Below, in pieces: positions 10,752-19,848 of a DNA stretch of 64,000 bases; the first letter of the stretch is position 1; each line of letters begins with the position of its first letter. The DNA is from Syntrophaceae bacterium. GTDB lineage: Bacteria; Desulfobacterota; BSN033; UBA1163. Location: the NCBI GenBank assembly GCA_013388645.1, contig JACAEV010000100.1, forward strand, positions 24,934 to 88,933. The letters run 5' to 3'. Below the pieces are notes generated by a model. The model saw only the letters and a list, made by a program, of their open reading frames with translations, had not been told where the DNA came from and did not search any database. The translations under genes and the position numbers were made by a program.

Positions 10752-10845
10752 ACTTTTCCTCTCCAACCTCGAGGCAACGAAACAGAACCGGTTCGCCTCT
10801 TGGCCTAACATTTAACTATTCTAATTATTTTCAATGGTCTACTTT

Positions 10846-10860
10846 ACAAGAAACATGCCA
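10846..10860 (-). promoter_or_regulatory. Putative sigma54 -24/-12 promoter (TGGCATGTTTCTTGT)
   Basis: GG-N10-GT variant of the GG-N10-GC consensus, upstream of the nuo remnant and PPP operon; same architecture as at 42178 and 63265. Confidence 0.65.
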
Positions 10861-10950
10861 GGATAACGAAATGATATGGTATTGTTTTAAAATTCAAATG
10901 GTTAAGTGTTGTATACTGTCATGAAGGAGGGGTAAAAGTTTCTGAAGATG

Positions 10951-11005
10951 TCCTGCAAGACAGGATTCTGTCCCTTGGAGCAGGAATTCGTCTATTCTAA
11001 CAAGA
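10951..11005. promoter_or_regulatory. Triple palindromic upstream activator-like array (TCCTG-N5-CAGGA, 20-bp period)
   Basis: Sites at 10951 TCCTGcaagaCAGGA, 10971 TCCCTtggagCAGGA, 10991 TCTATtctaaCAAGA. Confidence 0.6.
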
Positions 11006-11196
11006 CGTATCGGAGGGTTTTAGAGGCCATCAGAAAGTCACGAGACCCCAGCGATATGCTTTTTATCAAAACGACTTTCGCTGAACCCAATACATACCCT
11101 GGGCAGCGGGCACTTTCATTCCGCGTCATTAGCAATCTTGGCAGCATTTCCTTGTCTGGCAAATATCATCTTTAGTGAATGAATAACGGAAGAATC

Positions 11197-11796
11197 TCAA
11201 TGTCTATTTCTTCTGTTCTTGAAATATATGAAGAAGATTCCACCCACAAAAAGTATTAACACGACAACGATTAAAATATGTTCAATACGTGTGATATCTT
11301 TTTTCAACATCTCGATGCTATTCCCTCCGGTATATCCAATTCCACCCATGAAAGTGATCGTGAATAATGCAGAGGTTGCATCAGCCATCATAAATTTTAT
11401 TGCAGACATTCTCATCACCCCTGCTGCAAGAAATATCTGTGCCCTGATCCCTAAAAGATGCCTTCCAAAGAATACTACCCAAATGCCCCATCTCTTAAAT
11501 TTTTCTTCAAGTTTTGAAAGCCTCTCAGGTGAGATGATACTGTGGAACCTTATGTGTTCAACCACCCTCCTGCCATATTTCTTGCCAACCCAATAGAGGG
11601 AAAAATCAGTCACTAATAGACCGGAATAAACGACCAAAAACGTTGGCAATGGTTGAATAACACGATGGGCAACTAAAAACCCACTCAATATAAGGGTGGT
11701 ATCCTCTGGAAAGGGTAATCCAATATCTCCAAGAACGAGAAGGGCAACAATCCCTAAGTATGGAAAGTGTTCTACGATTCCTGAAATATCAGACAT
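11197..11796 (-). CDS. DedA family membrane protein
   Basis: GLPFPED, LSGFL, D..LYWVGKKYG, FFGRHLLGIR and AAGVMRM pattern; 199 aa, hydrophobic. Confidence 0.9.
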   Translation of the reverse strand: MSDISGIVEHFPYLGIVALLVLGDIGLPFPEDTTLILSGFLVAHRVIQPLPTFLVVYSGLLVTDFSLYWVGKKYGRRVVEHIRFHSIISPERLSKLEEKFKRWGIWVVFFGRHLLGIRAQIFLAAGVMRMSAIKFMMADATSALFTITFMGGIGYTGGNSIEMLKKDITRIEHILIVVVLILFVGGIFFIYFKNRRNRH

Positions 11797-11828
11797 TTAA
11801 TAACTACCAACTCCCGTTGTATGTTTCC

Positions 11829-13217
11829 TTAATTTGTACGGTATTTTGGAAGAGTAAATGCAAAAGTACTTCCTTTTCCATAAATGCTATCGACCCATAT
11901 CCTCCCGCCGTTTGTCTCCACAATGGTCTTGACAATCGCCAGCCCGAGTCCTGAGCCTTTGGAGTCCTCGGTTACTCGATAAAAAGGGTTGAATAGATGC
12001 GGGAGGTGTTCCTCGGGAATGCCCGTCCCCGTATCGGCTACTTGGACAAAAATGTCTTTATCTCTATCTGAAAGAGTAACCGTTATTGTCCCACCAGGAT
12101 TTGTATACTTTATTGAATTATCGAGTAGATTGACAAGAACTCTATCGATTTGTGTAACATCGGCATGGACCGCTGCTGTTCGACCATCAATAACTTCGAA
12201 GATCAGTTTGATATTCTTCTTCTCCGCCTCAATTCTTAGAGCCTCCAGGTTTTTTTCTATAGACATTGTCAAGTCAAATGGAGCAGGAACCGTTTTATAT
12301 TCACCTGATTCAATCCTCGAAAATTCAAGGAAGTTTGTGATAAACTTCCCCACCCTACGGATTGCATCGCTTATTAATTCCAGGTAGTTTAATTGCTTGT
12401 CTGTTAGCGGCCCCGCTTTACCCGAGGATAATCGTGACAGAAATCCTTCTGCCACGAGAGTGGGGTTCTTCATGTCATGGGCAAACATGGAAAGCATATT
12501 CTTTCGTTCCCTTTCCAATTTCTTGGATTCGGATATATCCATAGCCGTCTCGTAACGCACCCATCTCCCATCTGGCCATTTTATTGCGCGATCAACACAC
12601 CTGTACCATCGCTGATGTACTCTATCCCAATGTTCCCAGAAATAGGGCTTTCCTTTGTTCTCACCAAAAATGTATTTATTGGTGCAGAAATCACAGGGCT
12701 TTTGCACGTTCTGTAATGTTTCATAGCATTTTTTCCCAATAATTTCCGAACCCGCCAGATTACTTAGGGCGTTGTTAGCGTAAAGGATTTCGTACGATTC
12801 AGGATCAGATATATAGATGAGATCGTCAGTGGTATCGAGGATGGATAAGAATTGCCCGTGCTCAAACTTGAGGGCTTTCTCTTTTTCTGCAAGCCTAAAT
12901 AAAATATAAACAACAATGAAGAAGATACCCAACTTCTCAGCCAGATTCCACAAAGGAATAACTGTATTGGGATAAGAAGGTCCCGATATCATATCAGTCA
13001 AAGTCCATATGAGTGCACTTGTGGTAGATACCAAAATCCCGGCGGCGGAGCTTCCCACAAACCAGAAGACAAAAATAACGGGGATTAAATAAAACACCAG
13101 CGAGGAAAAGGCAGGCCCTGTTAAATAATCGATCATCCCTATCAATATGACAAGGGCAAATCCCAGTACCGTCAAGAACGGTCCTTGTCGTTTATTGAAA
13201 ACGTCCTCCGCATTCAT
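11829..13217 (-). CDS. Membrane sensor histidine kinase with a Cys-containing PAS-like domain
   Basis: About 4 N-terminal TM helices; PAS-like region with GKKCY...PCDFC; H-box AHDMKNP; N box NLLDNSIKY; G1 DTGTGI; G2 GSGLGL. Confidence 0.9.
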   Translation of the reverse strand: MNAEDVFNKRQGPFLTVLGFALVILIGMIDYLTGPAFSSLVFYLIPVIFVFWFVGSSAAGILVSTTSALIWTLTDMISGPSYPNTVIPLWNLAEKLGIFFIVVYILFRLAEKEKALKFEHGQFLSILDTTDDLIYISDPESYEILYANNALSNLAGSEIIGKKCYETLQNVQKPCDFCTNKYIFGENKGKPYFWEHWDRVHQRWYRCVDRAIKWPDGRWVRYETAMDISESKKLERERKNMLSMFAHDMKNPTLVAEGFLSRLSSGKAGPLTDKQLNYLELISDAIRRVGKFITNFLEFSRIESGEYKTVPAPFDLTMSIEKNLEALRIEAEKKNIKLIFEVIDGRTAAVHADVTQIDRVLVNLLDNSIKYTNPGGTITVTLSDRDKDIFVQVADTGTGIPEEHLPHLFNPFYRVTEDSKGSGLGLAIVKTIVETNGGRIWVDSIYGKGSTFAFTLPKYRTN

Positions 13218-13251
13218 AGCCCTCCTTAAAAAAGACCTCTTAGGGTCTCAG

Positions 13252-15672
13252 CTATAATACAAATTTTTTGAACAAATAGTATTTGGGGAAATCGATACCC
13301 AGTGTAAATAAGGCCGAGAATCCCAGAATAGCAAGGACCTGATATAACGTGAGGGATGGGACAAGGATATCGTATACGCCAAGTAGCGCAAATCCAATGA
13401 TGGTCGCTGCACTCAAAATAAGTAATTCCCTGCCAGGACGTGATGACCAGAAGTGTCTCCTTTCTCTTACGATGAGTACTCTAAACTGGCTGTTAAATAT
13501 GAGATTCAGCATGACGAGGGTGCGCAACTTCTCCCATTCAAGATGGAAATATTTCATCCCCATGAGGATTACGATCATACCCTCCACAACCAGCAGTATC
13601 CCTGGAATGAGTGATGCCAGAGTAATGTTCTTCACATTCCACTTGTTCGGATTGCTTGTATGCTTTACATTGTCGGTTGCCAGAGACATGGTTACGAAAT
13701 CGTTTGCAAACACAAGCAGCGACATCCCGAGGAGAGAGAGCACAACTTCATGGAGCCAGAAGAAGCTCAGGGTCAATAGACCGACGAATTCTATGACCTT
13801 CGTAACCTTATTTAGGACCCATGTCAGCATCCGTTGATAGGTCTTCCTACTTATGGTTACCGCATCAATGATCACGCTCATGCCTGGTTCGGTTAAGACC
13901 ACGCTTGCTGACGCTTTCGCGGCGTCGGTCGAGTTGCTTACCGCTATTCCCATCTCCGCCTGCTTCAGTGCCGGCGCATCGTTAACCCCATCTCCGGTCA
14001 TCCCTACCATGTGACCCCTGGATTGCAGAAGTTTCACGACTTTGTACTTGTCCTCGGGATAGATCTCGGCAAACCCGTCGCTCTCTTCGACTACCTTCAC
14101 CTGTTCATTTTCGCTTAAGTGTTCAATATCAGCCAGTCGGATAATGTTACTGCCGATACCCACCTGATAGGCTATTTCTTTCGCTATGGCAATATTATCA
14201 CCGGTAAGCATCAGCGGCTTTATTCCCTGCTTTCTTGCTTCCTCGATCATGCTTTTTGAGTCCAGCCTGGGTGGATCAGCCATCGGCAGCAATCCTACAA
14301 GTTTGAGATTATCCAAATCATCGCCTTCCGATCGAGCAACTGCTATGGTTCTGTACCCTTTCTGAGAAACCTCTTCTATGGTTCTCTTTGCCTTCTCTAT
14401 GGCCTCTTTATCGATTCCCCGGCACAGAGTTATGACTACCTGGGCTGCGCCTTTAACAGCTTTAAAACGCTTCCCATCGGCTTCAATGATCGCCTCTGTT
14501 CTCTTGACCGACGGATTGAAGGGTGTATATGAAAGTTGTTTGTACGCATTAAGATCAACTCGCGTATTTTTAGCGTATCCAATAACTGCAAGGTCTATGA
14601 TATCCATGCCCTCCTCTTGCGACGATAGGGCGGCTATGGCAATTACATCTTCTTTCGAATATCCGGAGAACGGTATGCTGTCGGTAACCGACAATTTGTT
14701 CTGAGTCATCGTACCTGTCTTATCGAGGCAGAGGACGTCTACTGAAGCGGCATCCTCGATCGAATCGAGCCTCGTGACCAGTGCTCCTTTTTTTGCCAGC
14801 TCCATTGCTCCGACGGACTGGACTATGGTGAGAACGGCCGGAAGGGCTACAGGGACCGCGCCCATCAGGAAGATTACCGCGAAAGTCAGTATCAGCAGGA
14901 TACCTAAATGCATCACTAACACATCTATTGAAACTAAAACCGATGCGGCTATACCCAAATACATCATATATTTGACCACAGCCATCATTACTTCCTCCTG
15001 ATGGGACTTTGGCTTGGCTGTTTTGACCAGTTCCGCTGTTTTACCGAAGTACGTATTTGCTCCCGTATTGATGACCGCGCACCTGGCCTCTCCACGCCTC
15101 ACTACGGAACTCGCGTAGATGACGTCCGATTGGCGCGCCTCCACAGCCAAGGATTCTCCGGTCAGGGCTGACTGATCAACTGAAAGCTGGCCGCTCACAA
15201 TCTCGGCATCGGCCGCCACGATATCCCCGATTCCGACGGTGATGATGTCCCCGGGCACGATCTCCTTAGCCTCCCTTATTCCCCATCTCCCATCCCGTAA
15301 TACCTTAGCTTTTATCGCCAGCTTTTTCTTGAGAAGTTCGACCGCTCTCTGCGAACCCCGTGAGTGCATGTGGCCAATGATTGCGTTTACGGTGAGTAGC
15401 AAAAAGATAATTATCCCTTCAAGATAATGTCTCAGTACGAACGAGAGGCCCATCGCCAGCTCCAGAAGCCACGGCATGGGCCCCCAGTATCGCAGCAAAA
15501 ATTCAAAAAAAGGATTTTTCTTCTTCTCCACTATTTCATTATATCCAAAGAATTCGAGTCGATTCTTAACTTCACTCTCCGTAAGACCCTCTGCTGTTGT
15601 GTTTAAGAGTTTGAACGTCTCTTCAATAGGGGATTTCTTGTATTCAGAGGTGTTTTTAATTTTTAAGTCCAT
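13252..15672 (-). CDS. Plasma-membrane proton-efflux P-type ATPase (P3A type)
   Basis: WGPMPW, DQSALTGES, AVPVALP, phosphorylation site DKTGT, KGA, TGD, GDGVNDAPALK, and the conserved M6 Asp (FANDF). ATG at 15672 preferred. Confidence 0.9.
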   Translation of the reverse strand: MDLKIKNTSEYKKSPIEETFKLLNTTAEGLTESEVKNRLEFFGYNEIVEKKKNPFFEFLLRYWGPMPWLLELAMGLSFVLRHYLEGIIIFLLLTVNAIIGHMHSRGSQRAVELLKKKLAIKAKVLRDGRWGIREAKEIVPGDIITVGIGDIVAADAEIVSGQLSVDQSALTGESLAVEARQSDVIYASSVVRRGEARCAVINTGANTYFGKTAELVKTAKPKSHQEEVMMAVVKYMMYLGIAASVLVSIDVLVMHLGILLILTFAVIFLMGAVPVALPAVLTIVQSVGAMELAKKGALVTRLDSIEDAASVDVLCLDKTGTMTQNKLSVTDSIPFSGYSKEDVIAIAALSSQEEGMDIIDLAVIGYAKNTRVDLNAYKQLSYTPFNPSVKRTEAIIEADGKRFKAVKGAAQVVITLCRGIDKEAIEKAKRTIEEVSQKGYRTIAVARSEGDDLDNLKLVGLLPMADPPRLDSKSMIEEARKQGIKPLMLTGDNIAIAKEIAYQVGIGSNIIRLADIEHLSENEQVKVVEESDGFAEIYPEDKYKVVKLLQSRGHMVGMTGDGVNDAPALKQAEMGIAVSNSTDAAKASASVVLTEPGMSVIIDAVTISRKTYQRMLTWVLNKVTKVIEFVGLLTLSFFWLHEVVLSLLGMSLLVFANDFVTMSLATDNVKHTSNPNKWNVKNITLASLIPGILLVVEGMIVILMGMKYFHLEWEKLRTLVMLNLIFNSQFRVLIVRERRHFWSSRPGRELLILSAATIIGFALLGVYDILVPSLTLYQVLAILGFSALFTLGIDFPKYYLFKKFVL

Positions 15673-15698
15673 AAAAGCAATCCTATTCCGTAACAAAT

Positions 15699-16781
15699 TT
15701 AAAAAATACTGAATTTAAGATACTTCCGCGGATGCTCTTTAATATCTTTAACGAATGCCTCAAGCTCTACACTCAATTTCTTGAACTCCACGAGAGCCTC
15801 ACTCAACTCTCTGGTAAACTCTTCGTTTCTGACAAAAGCACCGGCTAGCCCTTCGCCTTTATCTATTTTTTCTAAGATAGAAGAAAGTTGTTTGGATCCC
15901 CTGTTAAGGTTCTCATACAATTCTGCGTCTTCAACCAATTTTTTTAGTGTCCCGTGACTCTCATTGAGCTTCTTGCTGAATTCTTCTATCCGCGAGATGG
16001 TGGAAAGCGTCTTATTGTAAAGGGATGGGTCTTCAACCAGCTTTCTCAACGTCCCATTCCCCTCATTGAGTCTCTTGCTGAACTCTTCAAACGATGAAGT
16101 AGCGGTGAGTAGTTTATTATAAAGAGAAGGGTCTTCTATCATCATTTTCATGGTGCCTCGTGAAGTTGCAATATCTTCTATTAACAGAGATAGCTTTTTA
16201 GTGGTTTGATTCAAATTTTCATAAATAGCGGGGTCTTTGAAGAATTTAGCAATGGTCCCTTCACTCCTTTCCATCTCCACCACAAGATTATCCAGCTTTG
16301 TTATAAACTCACCCATTTTCCCGATAGTAACGGATGCAGTCCCCATGATATCTGAGAACTCAATTTGTGTCTCGCCTTTTATCGTCTCCCCTGCGTGGAT
16401 TTGCTTTGCCAATGGCGAGCCAGTGCTCAATTCAATGTATTTATCACCCAACAGCCCCATTGTAAGTATGCTTGCCTGAGCATCCTTTTTAATAAATGTC
16501 TGGACGCTCTTATCGATAGAGATGGTAACGATCGCTCCTCGAACCGGATCCAAATTGATTCTCTTAACGGAACCCACCTCTGTGCCAAACAGCCAGACAG
16601 GAGAACCTCTTCGCAATCCCTTAGCATCCTTAAATTGTGCTTTGAGTTCGACTCTGGGTGAAAACATCTCTCCGATCCCCCCGGCAAAGATGACAGCCAC
16701 AATCAGTATTAAGAGAGCAAGGGTGATCACCAAACCAGCCTTGAGCTTTGACCAGCTGAGCTGCTTTTTCGTATCAAACAT
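15699..16781 (-). CDS. mlaD: MCE/MlaD family protein with a long helical C-terminus
   Basis: N-terminal TM; GLRRGSPV..G.EVGSV, GLLGDKYIEL; repeated GTL.KLVED.SLY helices; ends HPRKYLKFSIF. Confidence 0.88.
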   Translation of the reverse strand: MFDTKKQLSWSKLKAGLVITLALLILIVAVIFAGGIGEMFSPRVELKAQFKDAKGLRRGSPVWLFGTEVGSVKRINLDPVRGAIVTISIDKSVQTFIKKDAQASILTMGLLGDKYIELSTGSPLAKQIHAGETIKGETQIEFSDIMGTASVTIGKMGEFITKLDNLVVEMERSEGTIAKFFKDPAIYENLNQTTKKLSLLIEDIATSRGTMKMMIEDPSLYNKLLTATSSFEEFSKRLNEGNGTLRKLVEDPSLYNKTLSTISRIEEFSKKLNESHGTLKKLVEDAELYENLNRGSKQLSSILEKIDKGEGLAGAFVRNEEFTRELSEALVEFKKLSVELEAFVKDIKEHPRKYLKFSIF

Positions 16782-16790
16782 CTCTTCCTC

Positions 16791-17549
16791 CTATGAACCA
16801 ATACACGATCGACTCTTTAGAACAAGGCTCAATTCGCTAAGGAATACCTGAAGTTCGGGAAGAGTCGAACCGATAAACTGCTCTTTTTGGCCATCAAAAA
16901 TGATCATTCCCTCTTTTAAAACTATAAATCGGTCTGCCACCTTGATGGCATCCGTGACTTTTTGTGTAATCATCACAAACCCCTTTCCATTTTTAGATAG
17001 ATCGTGGATGAGTCCACATATAATATCTGAATTAGCCGGGTCGAGCCCTGATGTGGGTTCATCGTATAGAAACATCTTTGATTCAAAGGCAGCGAGTAAC
17101 CTCGCAATGGAAACCCTTCGGTGCATGCCACCACTTAGTTCTTCGGGTATCATTTCCACGGCATACTCCAACCCGACCATCCTAAGTAATTCTTTCACCC
17201 TTTCATCGATCTCCTGTTCAGACATTCTTGTATATTCTCTTAAATAAAAGGCCACGTTTTCCTTTACACTCAAAGAATCGAAAAGGGCCCCTTCCTGAAA
17301 AACAACGCTGAATTTCATCCTGATAGGGCGAAGCTCGTCTTCCGTTTTATCATTTATTTTCACCTCATCAATGAGAATTCTGCCAGCATCTGGGTTGATG
17401 AGTCCCAAAGTAAGTTTGAGAACGGTCGTCTTGCCTCCTCCGCTTTCTCCGAGGATCGCAACCCTCTCATGGGCGTTGATAGAGAAACTGACATCCTTAA
17501 GAATCCGTCGCGCACCGTACGAAAACGAGACCCTATCAAATTCAATCAT
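16791..17549 (-). CDS. mlaF: MlaF-like ABC transporter ATP-binding protein
   Basis: Walker A GESGGGKT, Q-loop FQEGALFDS, signature LSGGM, Walker B YDEPTSGLDP; the H-loop reads ITQK. Confidence 0.88.
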   Translation of the reverse strand: MIEFDRVSFSYGARRILKDVSFSINAHERVAILGESGGGKTTVLKLTLGLINPDAGRILIDEVKINDKTEDELRPIRMKFSVVFQEGALFDSLSVKENVAFYLREYTRMSEQEIDERVKELLRMVGLEYAVEMIPEELSGGMHRRVSIARLLAAFESKMFLYDEPTSGLDPANSDIICGLIHDLSKNGKGFVMITQKVTDAIKVADRFIVLKEGMIIFDGQKEQFIGSTLPELQVFLSELSLVLKSRSCIGS

Positions 17550-18325
17550 ACTGAAAATCCCAAAATGTAAAGTAATATCCTTGTCAGGATGAAATCAGCA
17601 ACGATGATCATGATAAATGATATGACCACAGCCCTTGTCGTTGTCCTCCTGAGCCCCTTCGCTCCACCTCTTGTGGAAAGTCCTATATAACAACTGATGC
17701 AGGCGATCAGATAACCGAAGAGAAATGGTTTCATAGCACCAGCAAAGACATTCTCAAAGGTAAAGACTTCTCGAACCGAACTCCAGTAAACGTTACTACT
17801 TTGATAACTCACATAGACTGCGATGAAATAGCCCCCCAGAACGGAAATGGCATCTCCAATAATCGTTAGGACGGGTAGCATGATGATAGAACTCCATATT
17901 CTCGGTGTGACCAGCTTTTTCAAAGGATCTACACCAAAGACTCTGAGCGTATCCACCTGGTGGCCGAGGATCATGGACCCCAATTCTGAGGCCATACCAG
18001 AACCAACTCTCCCCGCAAAGACCAGTGCTGTCACTACAGGTCCTAATTCCCTGACAATAGAGACCCCCACAATACTTCCGGTATAAATCTTAAGACCAAC
18101 CCTCGAAAGTTCGGCAGAGAGTTGAAGTGAGAGTGCCATCCCTAAGAAGAAGGAGACGAGGAGAACGATGACCAGGGATCCCGGTCCAGCATAATCCAAT
18201 TGCTCGAGGGTATCTTTGAAATAAAATGGTTTCCTTATTAAACCCAAAACCCCGCGAACGGAGAGGAAATAAAAATCCTGAAGTTCGCTTACCCACTCTT
18301 TTAATTTACTAATTTCCCTTTCCAT
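17546..18325 (-). CDS. mlaE: MlaE family ABC transporter permease
   Basis: RELGPV.TAL..AGRVGS..ASELGSM, Q.D.L...G.DP...LV.PR, GGA.G....TT.AVV. Confidence 0.92.
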   Translation of the reverse strand: MEREISKLKEWVSELQDFYFLSVRGVLGLIRKPFYFKDTLEQLDYAGPGSLVIVLLVSFFLGMALSLQLSAELSRVGLKIYTGSIVGVSIVRELGPVVTALVFAGRVGSGMASELGSMILGHQVDTLRVFGVDPLKKLVTPRIWSSIIMLPVLTIIGDAISVLGGYFIAVYVSYQSSNVYWSSVREVFTFENVFAGAMKPFLFGYLIACISCYIGLSTRGGAKGLRRTTTRAVVISFIMIIVADFILTRILLYILGFSV

Positions 18326-18453
18326 TTCTTCAATGATCCGATTCTTTCCGAAATCTTAGCAGAAATTCTTGAGCTCACTTTCACCAGAGGTGATAATGGT
18401 TGCTGAGTTGAGTATTTGAACGGTGTGGTCCCAATTTAGGGCCTTTTCACCAT

Positions 18454-19848
18454 TTATTTCAGGTCATTCAGGATTGTTTCAGCAATAGCTTCATAATCGC
18501 CGCCAAAATGATGGCCTCCCTTTAAGGGGATAACTTTCCCAAGATCGACACGCAATTTCTTACAGAGTGAATGCTTCTCTTCTTCTCCATAAAAGCAAAG
18601 GATCCTTACACCTTTTAGCCTTTCAACTTCTGGAAGGACAGAATAGCCCTTTCTTGCAGAAGAGACCCCCAGCCAGTCAGTCAAATGAAACTCAAAATCT
18701 ACCACATCACCTGGACCGAGTAGTGCAACGCCTTGAATCCGCGTAAGAATCTCTTGCGGAAGGCGATTGACCATGAATGGTAGTACATCGGCTCCCAACA
18801 AGTAACCTATGAGGATAGCTTTTTCCATCTTCCATGCATCGAAGTAATGCCTTAAAATCCTTCCGAGATCCCTAGCTGATTCATCTGGGGTACGCCGCGT
18901 CCAGAAGTATTGCAGAGAATTAAGACCTACTACCGGAATTCCATGACCAGCAAGAATATTCCCCAACTCTCGATCGATGCCTGCCCATCCTCCATCCCCT
19001 GAAAGGATAACGGCCATTGAATTTCTCGGTAAATCTTTCGGTAAAACTTCAACCAAAGGAAGATCTTTTAATTCATCAGCGAACGAAGAGCGATTGATCT
19101 TATGTCTTTCAACAAGGCTGATAAATACCTGTCTGAATTGAGGCATCCAATTTCGCTGAACAGCAAATCCGTGGCCTACCTTAGGAAGAAGAACAATCTT
19201 CCCTTCCTTAACCTGTCTCACATAATTCTGCACAGCAGTGACATTGCAAACCTGGTCAATTGTGCCTTGAAAGGCAATCCATGGCGTCTGAAGATTCGAT
19301 GCAGGAACGAAACTATATCCCCTCCCCCTCGAACCAGGTTTCCACTCCAGCCCATATCCCCGACAAAGAGGTTTTGTCAGGGGAAGGTCTGGGCAGAAGC
19401 CTAAACTAATAGCTCCGTGAAAAGTATTGGGAGGCGCCTGAACCAGAATTGCATAAACCAGTGTCGCTCCTGAGGAATATCCGACTAGGATCGGTGGCAC
19501 GTAATTTGGGAAATCCAACTTTTTCTGTATAAACTTACTCAACATTTCAAAATCTGCTGCTGCGTAGCTACATTTCTCAGAGGAAATTCTCAGTTCTTTT
19601 AAATAATGAGAAATATCAATACCCACGACAACCACACCCAATGAAGCAAGAGCCTTTGCCATGTCAATGACCCCTTTATTCCAACCCCCATCGCCTGAAA
19701 CGAATAGAACGACTTGAGATGGATGCCGGGATTCTCGATACACGGTTACCCTACCAAAGCGCCCAAAGAATAAATACTCTTCAGCCATGGAGAGTGAATG
19801 AGTTAGTAGTGAAAGAAGAATGAATACGCCCAAAATAAGTCGCTTCAT
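18454..19848 (-). CDS. acvB: AcvB/VirJ family two-domain alpha/beta hydrolase (aminoacyl-phosphatidylglycerol hydrolase-like)
   Basis: Signal peptide; two SGDGGW motifs; GYSSG in domain 1 and GYLLG in domain 2; GGHHFGGDY; overlaps the mprF stop. Confidence 0.85.
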   Translation of the reverse strand: MKRLILGVFILLSLLTHSLSMAEEYLFFGRFGRVTVYRESRHPSQVVLFVSGDGGWNKGVIDMAKALASLGVVVVGIDISHYLKELRISSEKCSYAAADFEMLSKFIQKKLDFPNYVPPILVGYSSGATLVYAILVQAPPNTFHGAISLGFCPDLPLTKPLCRGYGLEWKPGSRGRGYSFVPASNLQTPWIAFQGTIDQVCNVTAVQNYVRQVKEGKIVLLPKVGHGFAVQRNWMPQFRQVFISLVERHKINRSSFADELKDLPLVEVLPKDLPRNSMAVILSGDGGWAGIDRELGNILAGHGIPVVGLNSLQYFWTRRTPDESARDLGRILRHYFDAWKMEKAILIGYLLGADVLPFMVNRLPQEILTRIQGVALLGPGDVVDFEFHLTDWLGVSSARKGYSVLPEVERLKGVRILCFYGEEEKHSLCKKLRVDLGKVIPLKGGHHFGGDYEAIAETILNDLK

